Below, in pieces: positions 24,541 through 37,464 of a stretch of 64,000 bases of DNA. The notes below the pieces were generated by a model. It saw only the letters and a list, made by a program, of their open reading frames with translations, was not told the DNA's origin and made no database searches. The DNA is from Octopus sinensis. Lineage: Eukaryota. Position numbers and translations under genes: made by a program. The number at the start of each line of letters is the position of its first letter. Position 1 is the first letter of the stretch. The stretch is from assembly GCF_006345805.1 (NCBI RefSeq), contig NC_043015.1, positions 30,628,001 through 30,692,000 of the forward strand, read 5' to 3'.

Positions 24541-26689
24541 ATATAAAATAGTTGTCCAAGGAAGTTTCATGAATTAGGAAAAGGAGCATACTCAATATAA
24601 GATAATAGAAGTGGCATATTATTTATGAAATATTATAAATTAAACTCCATGTCTAGTCAAGAGTTACCAGACAGTTCTTTTAAAGTCAAAATAAACCTCC
24701 CTTACAAGAAAAGAATAGACATTTCATCAGACATGACCAGTCAAAAATGTAAAAGGCTTAAATGAAAGCATCCAGTCAGCCAGTCACAAAATGCTTGGCT
24801 GCAGTCAAAACTGAAACAGGGAAAGCTGCTCGTGCAGAGATAATACCACATGCCTAAATGGATAATGTAACAGAGGTTGTTGTGTATAAAGTGGAGGTAG
24901 TGTTGCAGGACATCAGATGGACATTTTAGATATGGCAAAATGGTTTTACAGAAAGCACTTTTAAAGTAAGACCAAACACTCACAGGTCATTTTGGTTTTT
25001 TTTTTTTTCAGATCCAAGAAAGAAATAAGGTCAGAACATTAGTAAAGAACAAGGTTGTTAAAGGAAAAAAAATCTGTGTTATATAAAGTCAAACTAGGGA
25101 TTATTGGGAAAATGCAGACCATATTTTGGCAGCAGCAGGAGGTGCAGACTCTGTCTGGTGGAGAAAAGAATTATCTAGAATTTGGTTCAACCGGGGACCA
25201 AAAAATTAACCTGAACTAAAAAATTAAATTTTTTCAGCCTGAGTACATTTTGACTAATTTACCAAATTAAATCTAGCAGTAACGATGACTATTTACCTCC
25301 TTTTTGAGATTTTTTCATCTCTATTTTACACACTTTTTCTTTCTTTCTTCTATCCAACCTCGCTGTAACTTTATATACCTTTCCACCTTCCCTTACACCC
25401 CTCCCCCTTCCCCCTCCCTTTGTCTCTACCTCTGTCTCTCTGTTTTCCTTCCCATCTCTCTCTCTCTCTCTCTCTCTCTTCCTCTCTTCCTCTCATTCTT
25501 TTCCCACATTGCTCATTATTATAAAGAATATTCCCCCTCGCCCTACCCATCACATTTATACATACATATACTCCTTTGTAAACTGGCTGCTTATCCCACA
25601 CCAACACTCATCTTCCTCCTCGTTTCTTTCCCCCCCCTTCTCTCTCTCTCTCACACGCACACACACATTATCTACCCTCACCACATGTCCTGCTGCATAC
25701 ACACACACACACCAGTGACATAGAAGACGTTGCAGCCCGACTCCACAGCCTGAAAGTTTTCACTGCACAGGCGAATCGAAGGGGCATAACTCTGCAAGGA
25801 CTAGACGTGGCATTGCAAATGAACTAAAGATTTTTTTCGGAATTTTTAAATTCATTCTTCTGTTCCACTTTTCACCGCAACAAAAGACACCGAAACTTGA
25901 CGAGATATTTTCCTTTGAACTTTCAGTGCAAAAGAATCCAATCTACACATTTCTTGACTTGACGTGTCTGATATTTAATTATTGCTTCTTTGTAGGAGAA
26001 CTTACTTTTTTTAACGAAATAGTCCAATAACTTTTCAGTGTATATAAGAACTAATTTACTATGTATGTATGTGTGTGTGTGTGTACAGGATGTAGGTAGG
26101 TATATACACAGACATACACACATATATGCATATACCAGTATATGGTATATGCATATACCAAGTACCAGGTTTTAAAAAATAAGTATTGGGGTCGATACGT
26201 TCAACTAAAAATTCTTCAAGGCGATGCCCCAGCATGGCTGTGGTCTAATGACTGAAATAAGTAAAAGAATAAAAAACAAAAGGAAAGAATATACCAATGC
26301 ACAAGGGAGATAGACAGGGATTGTTTTGTTTGTGTGATGAGGGAGTTAATCTCTAATCACAGGCAGTCATCATTATTGTTAGCATCATCATCATCATTTA
26401 ATGTTCTTTCTCCATATTGGCATGTGATGGACAGTTCAACATGAACAGAGGAACCAGAGAGCTGCACCAAGCTCCAGTGTCTGCTTTGGCCGGATGCCTT
26501 TCTAATATCAAACTATCATAAAGTATACTGGGTGCTTATTTTTTAGAGGTACCAGCACTGGTGAGGTTACCTAGTTACCTTCAATCCCAGACCCCTCAAC
26601 TGGGTGGTGTATAGTACTGAGGGATAAGAAAGTATGACAGAGGGACAGGAGAAGATGTCTTGCTGAAGAGGTGAATACATGCCTTATTT

Positions 26690-26920
26690 TATTTCTTTAC
26701 TGCCCACAAGGGGCTTCACAGAGGGGACAAACAAGGACAGACAAACAGATTGAGTTGATTATATGGACCCCAGTGTATAACTGATACTCATTTAATCGAC
26801 CCTGAAAGGATGAAAGGCAAAGTTGACCTCAGCGGAATTTGAACTCAGTACGTAACGGCAGACGGAATACTGCTAAGCATTTTGCCTGGCGTGCTAACGT
26901 TTCTGCCAGCTCGCCGCCTT
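26690..26920 (-). mobile_element. SINE family B
   Basis: Reverse-complement monomer. Confidence 0.85.
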
Positions 26921-27264
26921 GAATACATGCCTTGCCCACCTGGAGAGAAAGAGAGAAATGTAAGGTCAAGATACAATGTGAAATGAAAGGCAGGAAAGGG
27001 ATAGAAAAGATGGATGGGTAGGTAAGTGCAGTAAAGCGAAAATAGTGTGGGAAGTAAAAGTGAAGATTAAACTTGTGAATATTCTTTCGTTTTTCATGTC
27101 AGCTTGTGATGTGCTGGAAACATCTTCAGTTATGTTATTTCTATTCATTAAATGTTTCCAGACTTTCAGTAATCAAACTCTCTTACCCAGGCAACACATT
27201 CAAGATTGATCAAGTTCCAATTTTTGTCCACTTTGCCCTATGCCAAGTATCACTACTCCATTCA

Positions 27265-27500
27265 GTGCTCACATCTCCTTATCCACAGTCACTTTGAAGC
27301 ACACCCTGTTGCCTCTGTAACCAACTATGTAGCTGGGTTCCATATGGTTACCACTCACAACTCCTATGATGCCCAGCTCGTTGCAGGCTCTGTAGAGGGA
27401 CTGGCCTTTAAACCCTCTGCATTCCCACTCAACAGGATCACCCACCAGCCCTTTAATCTCTTTCTCTCATTTGCCATCTTCACCTGATGCTCCCAGGGAA
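27265..27500 (-). mobile_element. HERO/NeSL-like (restriction-like endonuclease) non-LTR retrotransposon C-terminal remnant
   Basis: PVEWECRGFKGQSLYRACNELGIIG, then in a shifted frame VTEATGCASK*LWIRR; compare the RLE tail PVEVGCRGF...EAAEKASRWLW. Confidence 0.6.
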
Positions 27501-27824
27501 TGAAGAATTCTAACAGGACCACCTACCTAGATGCTTGAGTGTGAATGCGCTATATCTAGCCTTGGCATTTCCCAAACCAATGCTGAGAAAATGAGTATGA
27601 TTAAATTTTGAATTCTTCAATATGTTTCAAATGGGAGAGAGATGTCTGCAAAAAATATGTGAAATAAATGTCTGCAAAAAAGAAAAACAAGGTTGTATTA
27701 TGGAGTACAAGACATACATAATGTATATTCAAAGTAAAACTGTTTTGAACTTGTCATGTTGCCAGTAAAAACAACAGTTAAATAACAAGAAGTGTTTCCA
27801 TTATTTTATGCAACCACTGCACAT

Positions 27825-27855
<31 letters not shown>

Positions 27856-28019
27856 TGTGTGTGTGCGCGTGTGTGTGTATGTGCGTGTGTGTGTGTGTGA
27901 GAGTGTGTGTGTGTGTGTGTGTGTATGCATGCGTGTGTGTGTTATATATGAAGAATAGAGATCTCAACTCATTTAAATAACTTAATAGACAAATAACAAG
28001 ATCTCAAATCCTTTAAATA

Positions 28020-29232
28020 CACAACTTAAGGACAGTGAGAAGTTCCATCTTAAAAAGGCACAATGAGATTTTGAAAATAAACTCAGACTCTCTCATGAAA
28101 AAGAAAGAGAAAAGAAACCAGAACAATCAAAAAGTTTAAAGTGAACCCTAAGGCCTTCTCCAACTTTGCAAAAGAATCTACCTGAGTATTCTACAAGCCA
28201 GGGCAACTGTTTGAAGAAAATGGTTCACTGACTGCAAACTCCAAAAGGATAAGTACAATACTAAATAGACAAATCCAAACTAAGGGTTTTCATTTTTTTA
28301 CTGGGAGATGTGCAAATAAATGAGTCGAATGAATTCTTTTACAGCCTAGATACAAAGCGGCAACCATTGATTTTGACAACATAAAAAGATGAGAATATAC
28401 TATTGGCCATTGTTGAGATGAACTTGAACTCAGCAGTGGTCTCTATGGTTTTCCAGTTATTCTCTTAAAGACATACAAGAAAGCTCTTACAAAACCACCT
28501 TTTCCAAGGTATTCCTTCCAAAAGAAGGTAGAATAAGCCCTACCCATAAAGGGAAAAATAGAGTGGATGCTACAAAATGCTTGTCTCTCTGTCCTCACAA
28601 GTTAACAAGGTCAAGGAATGCATTGACAGAAGGAAGCTGATCACATATCTCAAAGAAAATGACAAACACACAGCATGGCTTCCATCCAGGAAGAAGCTAA
28701 TTTACACAGCTTCTACAGCATTATGATTGGGTACTGAAACAACTCAACCTTTGATATGTAGATATGATATCTCTTGATTTCTCCAAGGCCTTTGATAAAG
28801 TTGTCACAAAATGACATGACATGTCACAAACTGCATGACCTGGGTATAGTAGGAAAACCAAGGAAAGGTTGTATAACATTTTAAAAAGGTAGAAATCAGA
28901 CAGTTGCAATGAATGGTGCTTTCTCTCTCTCTGGGGAGGCTTCAATTCTAAATCTAGTCCTTCAGAGAACTGTACTGAGACCATCAGTGTTTGTGGTGGC
29001 TCTCTCTTAGACATACTCTTTGGCAATCACTCTCTCACCAGCTATATTGACAATACAAAAGAATCATATGTAGTCAAGGACACTAATGATAACTCAAATA
29101 CACAGTTAAATGCTGAAAAATTTCAAGTGCTTTGCTCTCAACCCACAAATACATTACAACCAGAATAGACAGGATCAAGGGGTATTGCAATGTTGGAGTC
29201 ACAGGAATTGTGTGACCTGCTGTGATATACAT

Positions 29233-29240
<8 letters not shown>
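28020..29240 (+). mobile_element. CR1-type LINE RT remnant, heavily decayed
   Basis: VNPKAFSNFAK, QHGFHPGRS, LDFSKAFDKVV, and aatgctgaaaaatttcaagtg (NAEKFQ) segments in order. Confidence 0.7.
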
Positions 29241-29267
<27 letters not shown>

Positions 29268-29699
29268 CATACATACATACAAGACAGGAAGCTTCACACT
29301 AGGGAGAGAGAGCACTGTGGTTCACGCAGTGTCTATTGTAATGATACAAAACTAAATGTACTTAGTTTCACATTGTTAAATATGCTGTCGCAGATAAAAA
29401 GGTGGTCAGCTAGATGGCTGGGACTGATGGCAGTTGAACAGACAGCCAACCACTCTACATCGTGTGATTGTAGGGCTTGCATGGCACAATTATGCTGATC
29501 CTGGTGTGCCGGTGAAAAGTAGCATTTCTTTTTGACTCTGCGTCTGTTAGGCTTAAAAACGTGTTTATATTCTTGAATGTGATAAAGTGTAGAATTAGAT
29601 TATTACCACTGATCCAAGTGCCTTACGTGTTTTACATACATACAGGCATACATCCATACATGCATATATATATATATATTTATACATAAACTTCGTAGT

Positions 29700-30000
29700 C
29701 ATAAAGCAAGACAGATGAGTGACAACCTGGCCACTGGTGGTGGTGTAACACACCATACTAATCATATCCGTCAGGCATGTGGAAGAGAGTGTAATTCGGC
29801 AGGAGGACTTAAACAGCATGCAAAGGTACATGAAGCCCAGTTACAACTACAGCCGACTATTACCAGTAAAGGTTTTAGCTGCCAATTCTGTACAAGACAT
29901 TGTAGATCTTTAGCTGGGCTAAAAAGTCACATTCGATCACAGCACCAGTAACAGTTAAGCTTCGTGCAATGACCATACTCAATAACGAGGGGGCAGCCAT
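29700..30000 (+). mobile_element. Two C2H2 zinc fingers plus stop and short tail; probably an RTE-type LINE C-terminus
   Basis: IRQACGRECNSAGGLKQHAKVH (first Cys is CGT/Arg) and FSCQFCTRHCRSLAGLKSHIRSQH*; the CxSxxGLxSH pattern is typical of RTE C-termini, and there is no TGEKP linker. Confidence 0.5.
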
Positions 30001-30607
30001 CATATATATATATATATATACAGTGGAACACAGGTTTTGAATATAATTAATTCCTGAAGACCATCTGTCACCTGAAATGTTCATAAACCAAAACTATTTT
30101 TCCCATGGGAAATTTAAGTGAAGGCATGGCGGATTTGAGCAGAGGTGTGCACTGAGCAAAAGCTAAGCAGTAACTGACACTTTCCTGCCATTGTTACCAG
30201 TTTCTGTGTTTGCTACTTGATACACCATTTGTAACCTGAGACATTTTATGTTAAAAAAAAATTGTTTGTAAACTGGTTTGTTCATGAATAGAGACATTCA
30301 TAACCTGAGGTTTCGCTCACTGTATACACACACACACACACACACACACATACACACACACACACACACATACACACACACACACACATACATAAGTTTA
30401 AAAAAACATATAATAAATGCACAAACAAAAAGGAAACAGACACAGAAGTTTGCCACATCCTCACCCATTATTGACCAGAGGGTCAAATGCAATTTCGTGC
30501 CTTCAGTGATAATATTGATTCCTCTCTGGTGTTGCCAACAGTAAGAAGCCACTGGGAAATGGTGAGCCAATGAGCAAGGGACCAAACATGACAGAAAATG
30601 AACAAGC

Positions 30608-30840
30608 AAAGGCGGTGAGCTGGTAGAATCGTTAGCACGCCGGGCAAAATGCTTAGCAGTATTTTGTCTGTCGCTACGCTCTGAGTTCAAATTCTGCCGA
30701 GGTCGACTTTGCCTTTCATCCTTTCGGGGTCGATAAATTAAGTACCAGTTACGCACTGGGGTCGATGTAATCAACTTAATTCCTTTGTCTATCCTTGTTT
30801 GTCCTCTCTGTGTTTGGCCCCTTGTGGATAGTAAAGAAAT
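30608..30840 (+). mobile_element. SINE family B
   Basis: Monomer. Confidence 0.85.
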
Positions 30841-31600
30841 AAAAAATAAGAAAATGAACAAGCAAACAAGAAATTAACAAATATGCAACACAGAAAGTGA
30901 ACATACAAATATGAAATAAATGTAATTCCAGATGAGACAATTAGGGGACGGACAAGGGACAAAGAGGAAAACAAACAAGAAATGTGGACATTCAAAGAAA
31001 GTGAAATGATCTGAAATAAATAAACAGAATATGGTCTTAGGGCCAGACAGGAGACAAAAATATGGTTAATACCAGGAGAATATCCCAAAGGATTAACAGA
31101 GAGACAGCAAAACGAGAGATGAGAGAAAATATGACCAGTTGCTTCAGCAGTCAGCCTGAAATGGAAGACAACAATGACTGGACACATTTCTTGTTTAGTA
31201 TGTCTTCAGGGTCTTTGGCTGCCTATGATATTTTTAAAGAATAAGTCCTGGGGTCAATTTGCTCGACTAAAGGCAGTGCTCCAGCATGGCCACAGCCAAA
31301 TAACTAAAACAAGTAAAAGAGTAAAAGAGTATCTGTCAAAACAGAATATTGGAACAATTTTTGGTAATGTTCTATATTTAAGAGATGAGGAATTATGTAC
31401 ATTATTTACATTCGACGGATATTTGTCTTCATCTTGTTTGTTGTTAACAGAATGTTTCAGCTGATAATACTGTAAATGAAATAATGAAAATTAATGTAAA
31501 ATAATGTAAATAATTTTTGGTATTGTTTATTCACCACTACATATGTTTCATTTGCTAATAGGAGCTACAAAATTCTACCTGTAGTGGAAATGATGTAAGA

Positions 31601-31680
31601 TATTTCCTATTAGAAATTCTTCAAAGAGAATCAAATAATATTATGTGATTCTTTGTCTGAAGAATTTCTAATAGGAGATA
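31601..31680. other. 80-nt near-perfect stem-loop in unique AT-rich sequence
   Basis: tatttcctattagaaattcttca pairs with tgaagaatttctaataggagata; inner stem agaatca/tgattct; 12-nt loop. Confidence 0.7.
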
Positions 31681-31764
31681 CCTAAGTAAATGATATGTAA
31701 CTGAGTAAGTATACATGCTACACAGCAGCCTTCTAAAATTCTGAATACAACCAGTGACACTCTT

Positions 31765-32117
31765 CTTCCCACCAGAGGAGACCCCCTTCAGTCATGAATG
31801 ATCATTGGATTGCACCTAGAAAGTTACCCTCCAAGGTACAAGTCTGGGCAAGGTTATTTATGGAAGACCAACAGTTGCCCATGCATACAAGCCTTCCCTC
31901 CTTTCCATACCACTGATGTTATCCAAGGGAAAGGCAAAGGGGCCGATACAGCTTGGCACCTGTGATGTCACAACTCATTTGTACAACTGAGAGAACTGGA
32001 GCAACGTAAAATAAAGTGTCTTGCTCAAGAACACAACATGCAGCCCGGTCCGGGAATCGAACTCACAACCTCACAATCGTTAGCTCGACGCTCTAACCAC
32101 TGAGCCATGCACCTTCA
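31765..32117 (-). mobile_element. SINE family G
   Basis: rc head gaaggtgcatggctcagtggttagagcg...gttcgattccc, tgtgttcttgagcaagacac. Confidence 0.75.
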
Positions 32118-32609
32118 CTATGTACAGCTTCCCACCACACCAGTGGCTACAGAGTGTGATTGTTATGGCTAAAGAGCCTGAGTCACACAAGGCTGAATCA
32201 ACAAGATAACAAACAAACAAGTCAAATTGTCAGTAGTTCATATTATGTCATTGGCACTGTATCCATCCCTGGCCCAAACTGTTGTATCTGATTGACCCAG
32301 GCTACATAGCTGTCCATAGATGCCACAGATCGAATGCTTGACCATTCATTGTAAGCAGTGGTAACTAGAGAAGAATTAAGGTGTGGTTGTATTTAACTCT
32401 TTGTCAGTCCTGATCAAGAAAATCTACAATCAAAAAGGTGTTCCAGCTATAAGCATTAAATCTTATATTTAGACAGTATCTAATGTGTCTGTTCATTTTT
32501 TAAGACAAATGTAATTTGAGGAGTATTTGTCTGTTATTTCTAGCATGTTGTGTGACCATTAAGAAGCTGTGGCTTGTTTATATATAATGTCAGTTTAATA
32601 CCTTTTATT

Positions 32610-32987
32610 TATTTTTTTTACTTGCTTCAGTCATTGGACTGTGGACATGCTGGGACCCTGCTTTGAAGGATATAGTTGAACAAATTGACCCCAGTACTTA
32701 TTTAAAAGTCTGGCCCTGTTTTTTTTTTTGTGAAACAGCTAAGTTATGGGATATAAACAAACCAACACCAGTTGTCAAGCAATGGTGGGTGACAATAGTA
32801 AACACAAATACACACATACACACACACACACATGATGGGCTTCTGTACAGTTTTCATCTATCAAATTCACTCACAAGGCATTGATTGCCCAGGACTATAG
32901 GGAAAGATGTTTGCCCAAGGTGCCACATACAGGGACTGAACCAGAAACCATATGGTTGCAAAGCGAGTTTCTTAACCACACAGCCAA
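32610..32987 (-). mobile_element. SINE family A, diverged
   Basis: Same consensus. Confidence 0.8.
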
Positions 32988-33116
32988 ACATAAACATACG
33001 GTTTTACATGTGATGGTAAGATTACATATTGTGATGATGGTATAGTAACCTAATGTGTTACCATGGCAACATTATGTGATGGTATATAATCATCATCGTC
33101 ATCATTGTCGTCGTCG

Positions 33117-33154
<38 letters not shown>

Positions 33155-33429
33155 TTCATCATCATCATCGCCATTTAATATCTGCCCTCAATGCTGACAT
33201 GGGTTGGACGGTTTGACAGGAGCTGGTCAGCTGAAGTTCTGCCCAGGCCCCATGTCTGTTTTGGTATGGTTTCACTAGCCGGGTACCCTTCTTAATGCCA
33301 ACCACTTTAGAAGGTGTACTGGGTGCTTTTACATAGAACCAGTACCCACGAACCCACAAGATTAGGAACACTCAGCAGAAGAGGGACACAGGGGACAGGC
33401 CTGGATGCAAGGAAATCGTGATTTTAGTT

Positions 33430-33838
33430 AGCTTGATGTGTAGGCACAGGTGTAGAAAAAAGTTTATTTTCCAACCACATGGTGCCAGGTTCAGTTCTAC
33501 AGCATGGCATCTTGGGCAAGTCTTCCACTTTAGCCTCAGGCCAACCAAAGCCTTGTAAATGGATTTGGTAGACGGAATCTGAAAGAAGCCCATCATATAT
33601 ATATATGCGTGTGTGTGTGTGTGTGTGCATTTGCTTCTGTTTGTCCCCCACCATTGATTGATAGCGGTGTTGGTGTGTTTACATCCTTGTGACTTAGCAG
33701 TTCGTCAAAAAGGACTGATAGAATAGGTACCCGGCTTAAAACAATTAGTACTGGGATCAATTTATTTGACTAAAATTTCTTCTAGGCTGTGCCCCAGAAT
33801 GGCCACAGTCTAATGACTGAAACAAGTAAAAGATAACA
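33430..33838 (+). mobile_element. SINE family A, diverged
   Basis: Same consensus. Confidence 0.8.
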
Positions 33839-34439
33839 TAATGTAATGGTATGTCTACAGATACTGACAGCACGGTTATGTAACCATACCATTGCGTTAT
33901 ATAACCATACCATTCTGTACTGCAACTATACCATCGCATACTGCAGCCACAACTATATTATGTAATCATTCATGTGATGGTGGTACTACATAGAATGGTG
34001 GTGTGGTTACTTAATAAGATCGTGTTAACTGAAATACATTGCCTGAATGAACAGTTAAACCCCGGGACGTGTCTTGCAGGTGCAGAGATTAAGTGGTGGC
34101 TGGTATCTCCTTCCATCAGAGAATCAATTGGAACGGTGAGGAATGGTGAGAACTGGTTAGAAAAGATGGCCAATAATCATCAGTATGTAAAAACCTCAGT
34201 AGCTAAAAACCCCAGAACTGCAAGCACCGGATATTTATTTTTATTTCTAAGCTAGGATTAAGTTTCGTCTTGTATAGCTCTACCCCCGACAAGAAGGAAG
34301 GAGAGAGAGAGAGAGAGAGAGAGACTTCATTGAAATTCCTCTCGTTTGTATTTCAACATGTTTTTCTGCTGTTAAAGTCTGTGATAAACAAGAGTACAAC
34401 TGAGTCTATGTGTAAACTAAGTAAGTGGACCCTTGTCGT

Positions 34440-34660
34440 CCCCTCTTACTTTTAGTCAGGCAGGCATCCGGCCTTGGGCCTATAAGTTTAACTGAGGCTT
34501 TTTCAGCAAGGGAACGGCAGCTAGAATAACAGGAGAGGGTTAGAGAGGTCTTCTGTATCGGTTTGCCAGTTTTGTGACACAATTGTTGGGCTGGTTTCGC
34601 TGGCTGGTTGTTCGATGTCTGACTGGTTGGCTGGTCGACGGCGGAAAAGAAAAAAAAACA
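34440..34660 (+). promoter_or_regulatory. Candidate promoter/5' UTR start of the SH2-domain gene
   Basis: Non-repetitive, GC/CpG-richer patch with cctataag (TATA-like, ~34479-34486) about 420 bp upstream of the ATG at 34899. Confidence 0.35.
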
Positions 34661-34898
34661 ACCAGAAAGCAGAGTATATAGGCAAAGGAAGCCAGTAGTC
34701 TAAATTAAAAATAACAAGATATCTGAAGCGAGAGAGAGAGAGAGAGAGGATAGAGGGAAAGATACAGAAAAGGAAGGAGGTATAGAAAGACAAATAGATT
34801 GCGCGTATGAGAGGGAGAGAGTGTGAGAGAATTAGAGAGAGAGAAGGATAGACTGAAACAGGAAAGGACGGGAGAAAGGGTGCGATTAACAACAGACT

Positions 34899-35067
34899 AT
34901 GGAGAAGTTTGTTAACAGCCTGGACGTTTCCAAATCGTCGAATAAAACATCTTTGTCCATTGATGAGCAACTGATACAGGATAGATCGGAAAATAAAACA
35001 GCAGACGATGTTGTGGCCTATTACCATGAAAACCTGTGTCGGGAAGAAGCAGAGACTTTGTTACTTA
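34899..35067 (+). CDS. Probable first coding exon of an SH2-domain protein (ends in SH2 betaA/alphaA: AYYHENLCREEAETLLL); family unresolved (Syk/Shark/SAP/SHP-like N-terminal SH2)
   Basis: Strong Kozak gactATGg with an in-frame TAA 12 nt upstream. ORF ends ...TTA CTT A|gtgagt (consensus donor, phase 1). YYHENLCREEAETLL fits the SH2 start pattern WYHGxISREEAExLL. I found no continuation exon (GxFLVR) in the window. Confidence 0.65.
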
Positions 35068-35454
35068 GTGAGTATATACACACGTTCTACACACTTACGT
35101 TTATACAAACAAATAACAAATGACTATATATATATATATATATATACATACATATATATATGTGTGTGTGTGTGCATGTCTGTGTCTGTGTGTATGTGTG
35201 TGTATATATATATATGTGTGTGTATATATATATATGTGTGTGTGTGTGTATGTATATATTTATATATATATGGTGTGTGTGTGTGTGTATATATAAGTAT
35301 AATACTTAGACACATATATATACCTTCACATATGTGTATATACACAGATGTTTATACAGTTTCATAAATACACATACTCTTTCTCTTATACATACATACA
35401 TACATACTCTTAAAAATTATATATACTATATGTGTACACACACACACATATGTA

Positions 35455-35497
<43 letters not shown>

Positions 35498-36268
35498 ATA
35501 TGCGTATATATATACACATATATATGTATTAATATATATATATATATACACGCACACACAGACATTACCGCCTCTACGCAGGTTAACGACTTTAATTCTC
35601 CGTAGTTTACCAAAGTTTGGATGTATTTATGTATGTGTGTGCGCGCGTGTATGAATGTAGAAATATGTATGTGTGTGTGTATGTGTGTGTGTGTGTGCCT
35701 TTGTACACACACGCACGTGTGGGTGTGTATGTGTGCGTGACTATGCATATGTATACATGTATGTGTATGTATGTGTGTGTGTGTGTGTGTCGGTATGGTG
35801 ATATCCAGTCTGTGGTGAATTGGTTAAGCCAGTTAGGGAATGTTATTATTTATTGATCCAGTCTTAACAACGAAATAGAGACCGCTTCCCCGTTGGGACC
35901 CTTTATGACATATATATATATATATATACCATCAATTTCATTGGAACCGCCAAACCCCTTTTTTCGTTGCCTCTCCCTTTTTTTTCAGTTCTCGCTCAAA
36001 GACGTGTCTACTATTACTGACGCCACCCGACCCCCAGATATAAGAAGGGCAATTCGAAACCCTCACCGTCTATCCGTGAACCACGAGAAAGGATTTGTTA
36101 TTAATAGGAAGTATGAATAACTTTTGGGATTTGTTGTCGATTTGGGACAGATTCAGATCTCAGCGAAAACGTTTTGTCTCCGTGATGTGTGAAACCAGAT
36201 CATTTTTTAAACTCAAATGTGAATATCCTAATATAACACACACACACACACATGGACGTGTTATATAT

Positions 36269-36304
<36 letters not shown>

Positions 36305-36306
<2 letters not shown>

Positions 36307-36510
36307 CTCTTTTTACTCTTTACTCTTTTACTTGTTTCAGTCATTTGACTGCAGCCATGCTGGAGCACCGCCTTTAATCGAGCAACTCGACCCCGGGACT
36401 TATTCTTTTGTAAGCCCAGTACTTATTCTATCGGTCCCTTTTGCCGAACCGCTAAGTGACGGGGACATAAAACACCAGCATCGGTTGTCAAGCAATGCTA
36501 GGGGGACAAA
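36305..36510 (-). mobile_element. SINE family A, 3' half only
   Basis: Stops at the internal microsatellite. Confidence 0.85.
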
Positions 36511-36511
36511 C

Positions 36512-36521
36512 ACACACACGC

Positions 36522-36596
<75 letters not shown>

Positions 36597-36842
36597 ATAA
36601 TATATATATATGTGTGTGTGTGTGTGTATATAATATATATATTATATATATTATATATATATTATATATTTATTATATATATTATATATATATATAATAT
36701 ATATATATATATATTATATTTATATATATATATATATTATATATTATATATATACATATATATTACATATATATATATATATATTATATGTGTGTGTGTG
36801 TGGTGTGTGTGTGTGTGTGTGTGTTTAGAGAGAGAGAGAGGT
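36512..36842. repeat. Expanded compound (TA)n/(TG)n/(GA)n microsatellite
   Basis: Direct reading; it starts at the internal microsatellite position of a SINE-A copy. Confidence 0.95.
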
Positions 36843-37464
36843 GAAAGAGTTACATAATCAGGAGCGAATCACAAAAACCCGGAATAGCGACACATAAATA
36901 CTGCTTCAGTATTCGGCGGGGGGGAAGGGAGTGGAGGGGGAGGCCTTTGGTTTACTGGGGCAAAATGAGTTAATTTCTGATTTCTCGTTATTTTTTCTAC
37001 CTGTTTAAATCTCATTACATTGCAAAAGTATTGCATCATCATTTTTATAGCTGCCGCATCTTTATAAGAGTAAAAAGACTGGTCGGCATAGGTGTTGTTG
37101 GTTGAAGTTGAGAACGTGAAACACAGGTGACAGGTACTTTGTTTTCTAGGAATTTTTCCTGGACTTTGACCTGATTGCAACTGAGCTTGCTGATAAAATT
37201 ATCCAGATAATTTTAGTGTTTAACAATCGATATTCTTTTGTCTGTTAGAGTCCAAGTCCGTTTTTCCTATACTAATGTCAATTTGATAATTTTCTATTTT
37301 CCCCAAAAAATGATTTCTAAAATGGGGCAAAATGAGTAATGACTAATTTCAACAGTTTCTTTTATTTAACTGCATAATGTGTAGATATATCACAAAGCGG
37401 ACGCCTCCAGCAGATCTTGAAGAAGATATAGAGAATATTTTATGTTGAGTTTTTTTTTAATATT

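Noticed and set aside
31380-31470. Penelope-like terminal fragment ending aatgtttcagctgat
   Set aside because: Only the GAAA half of a possible minus-strand hammerhead remains; the CUGAUGA half is missing.
37051-37126. Plus-strand segment ending VEVENVKH as an SH2 betaD exon
   Set aside because: In-frame stop from the phase-1 junction and no FLVR motif; likely chance.
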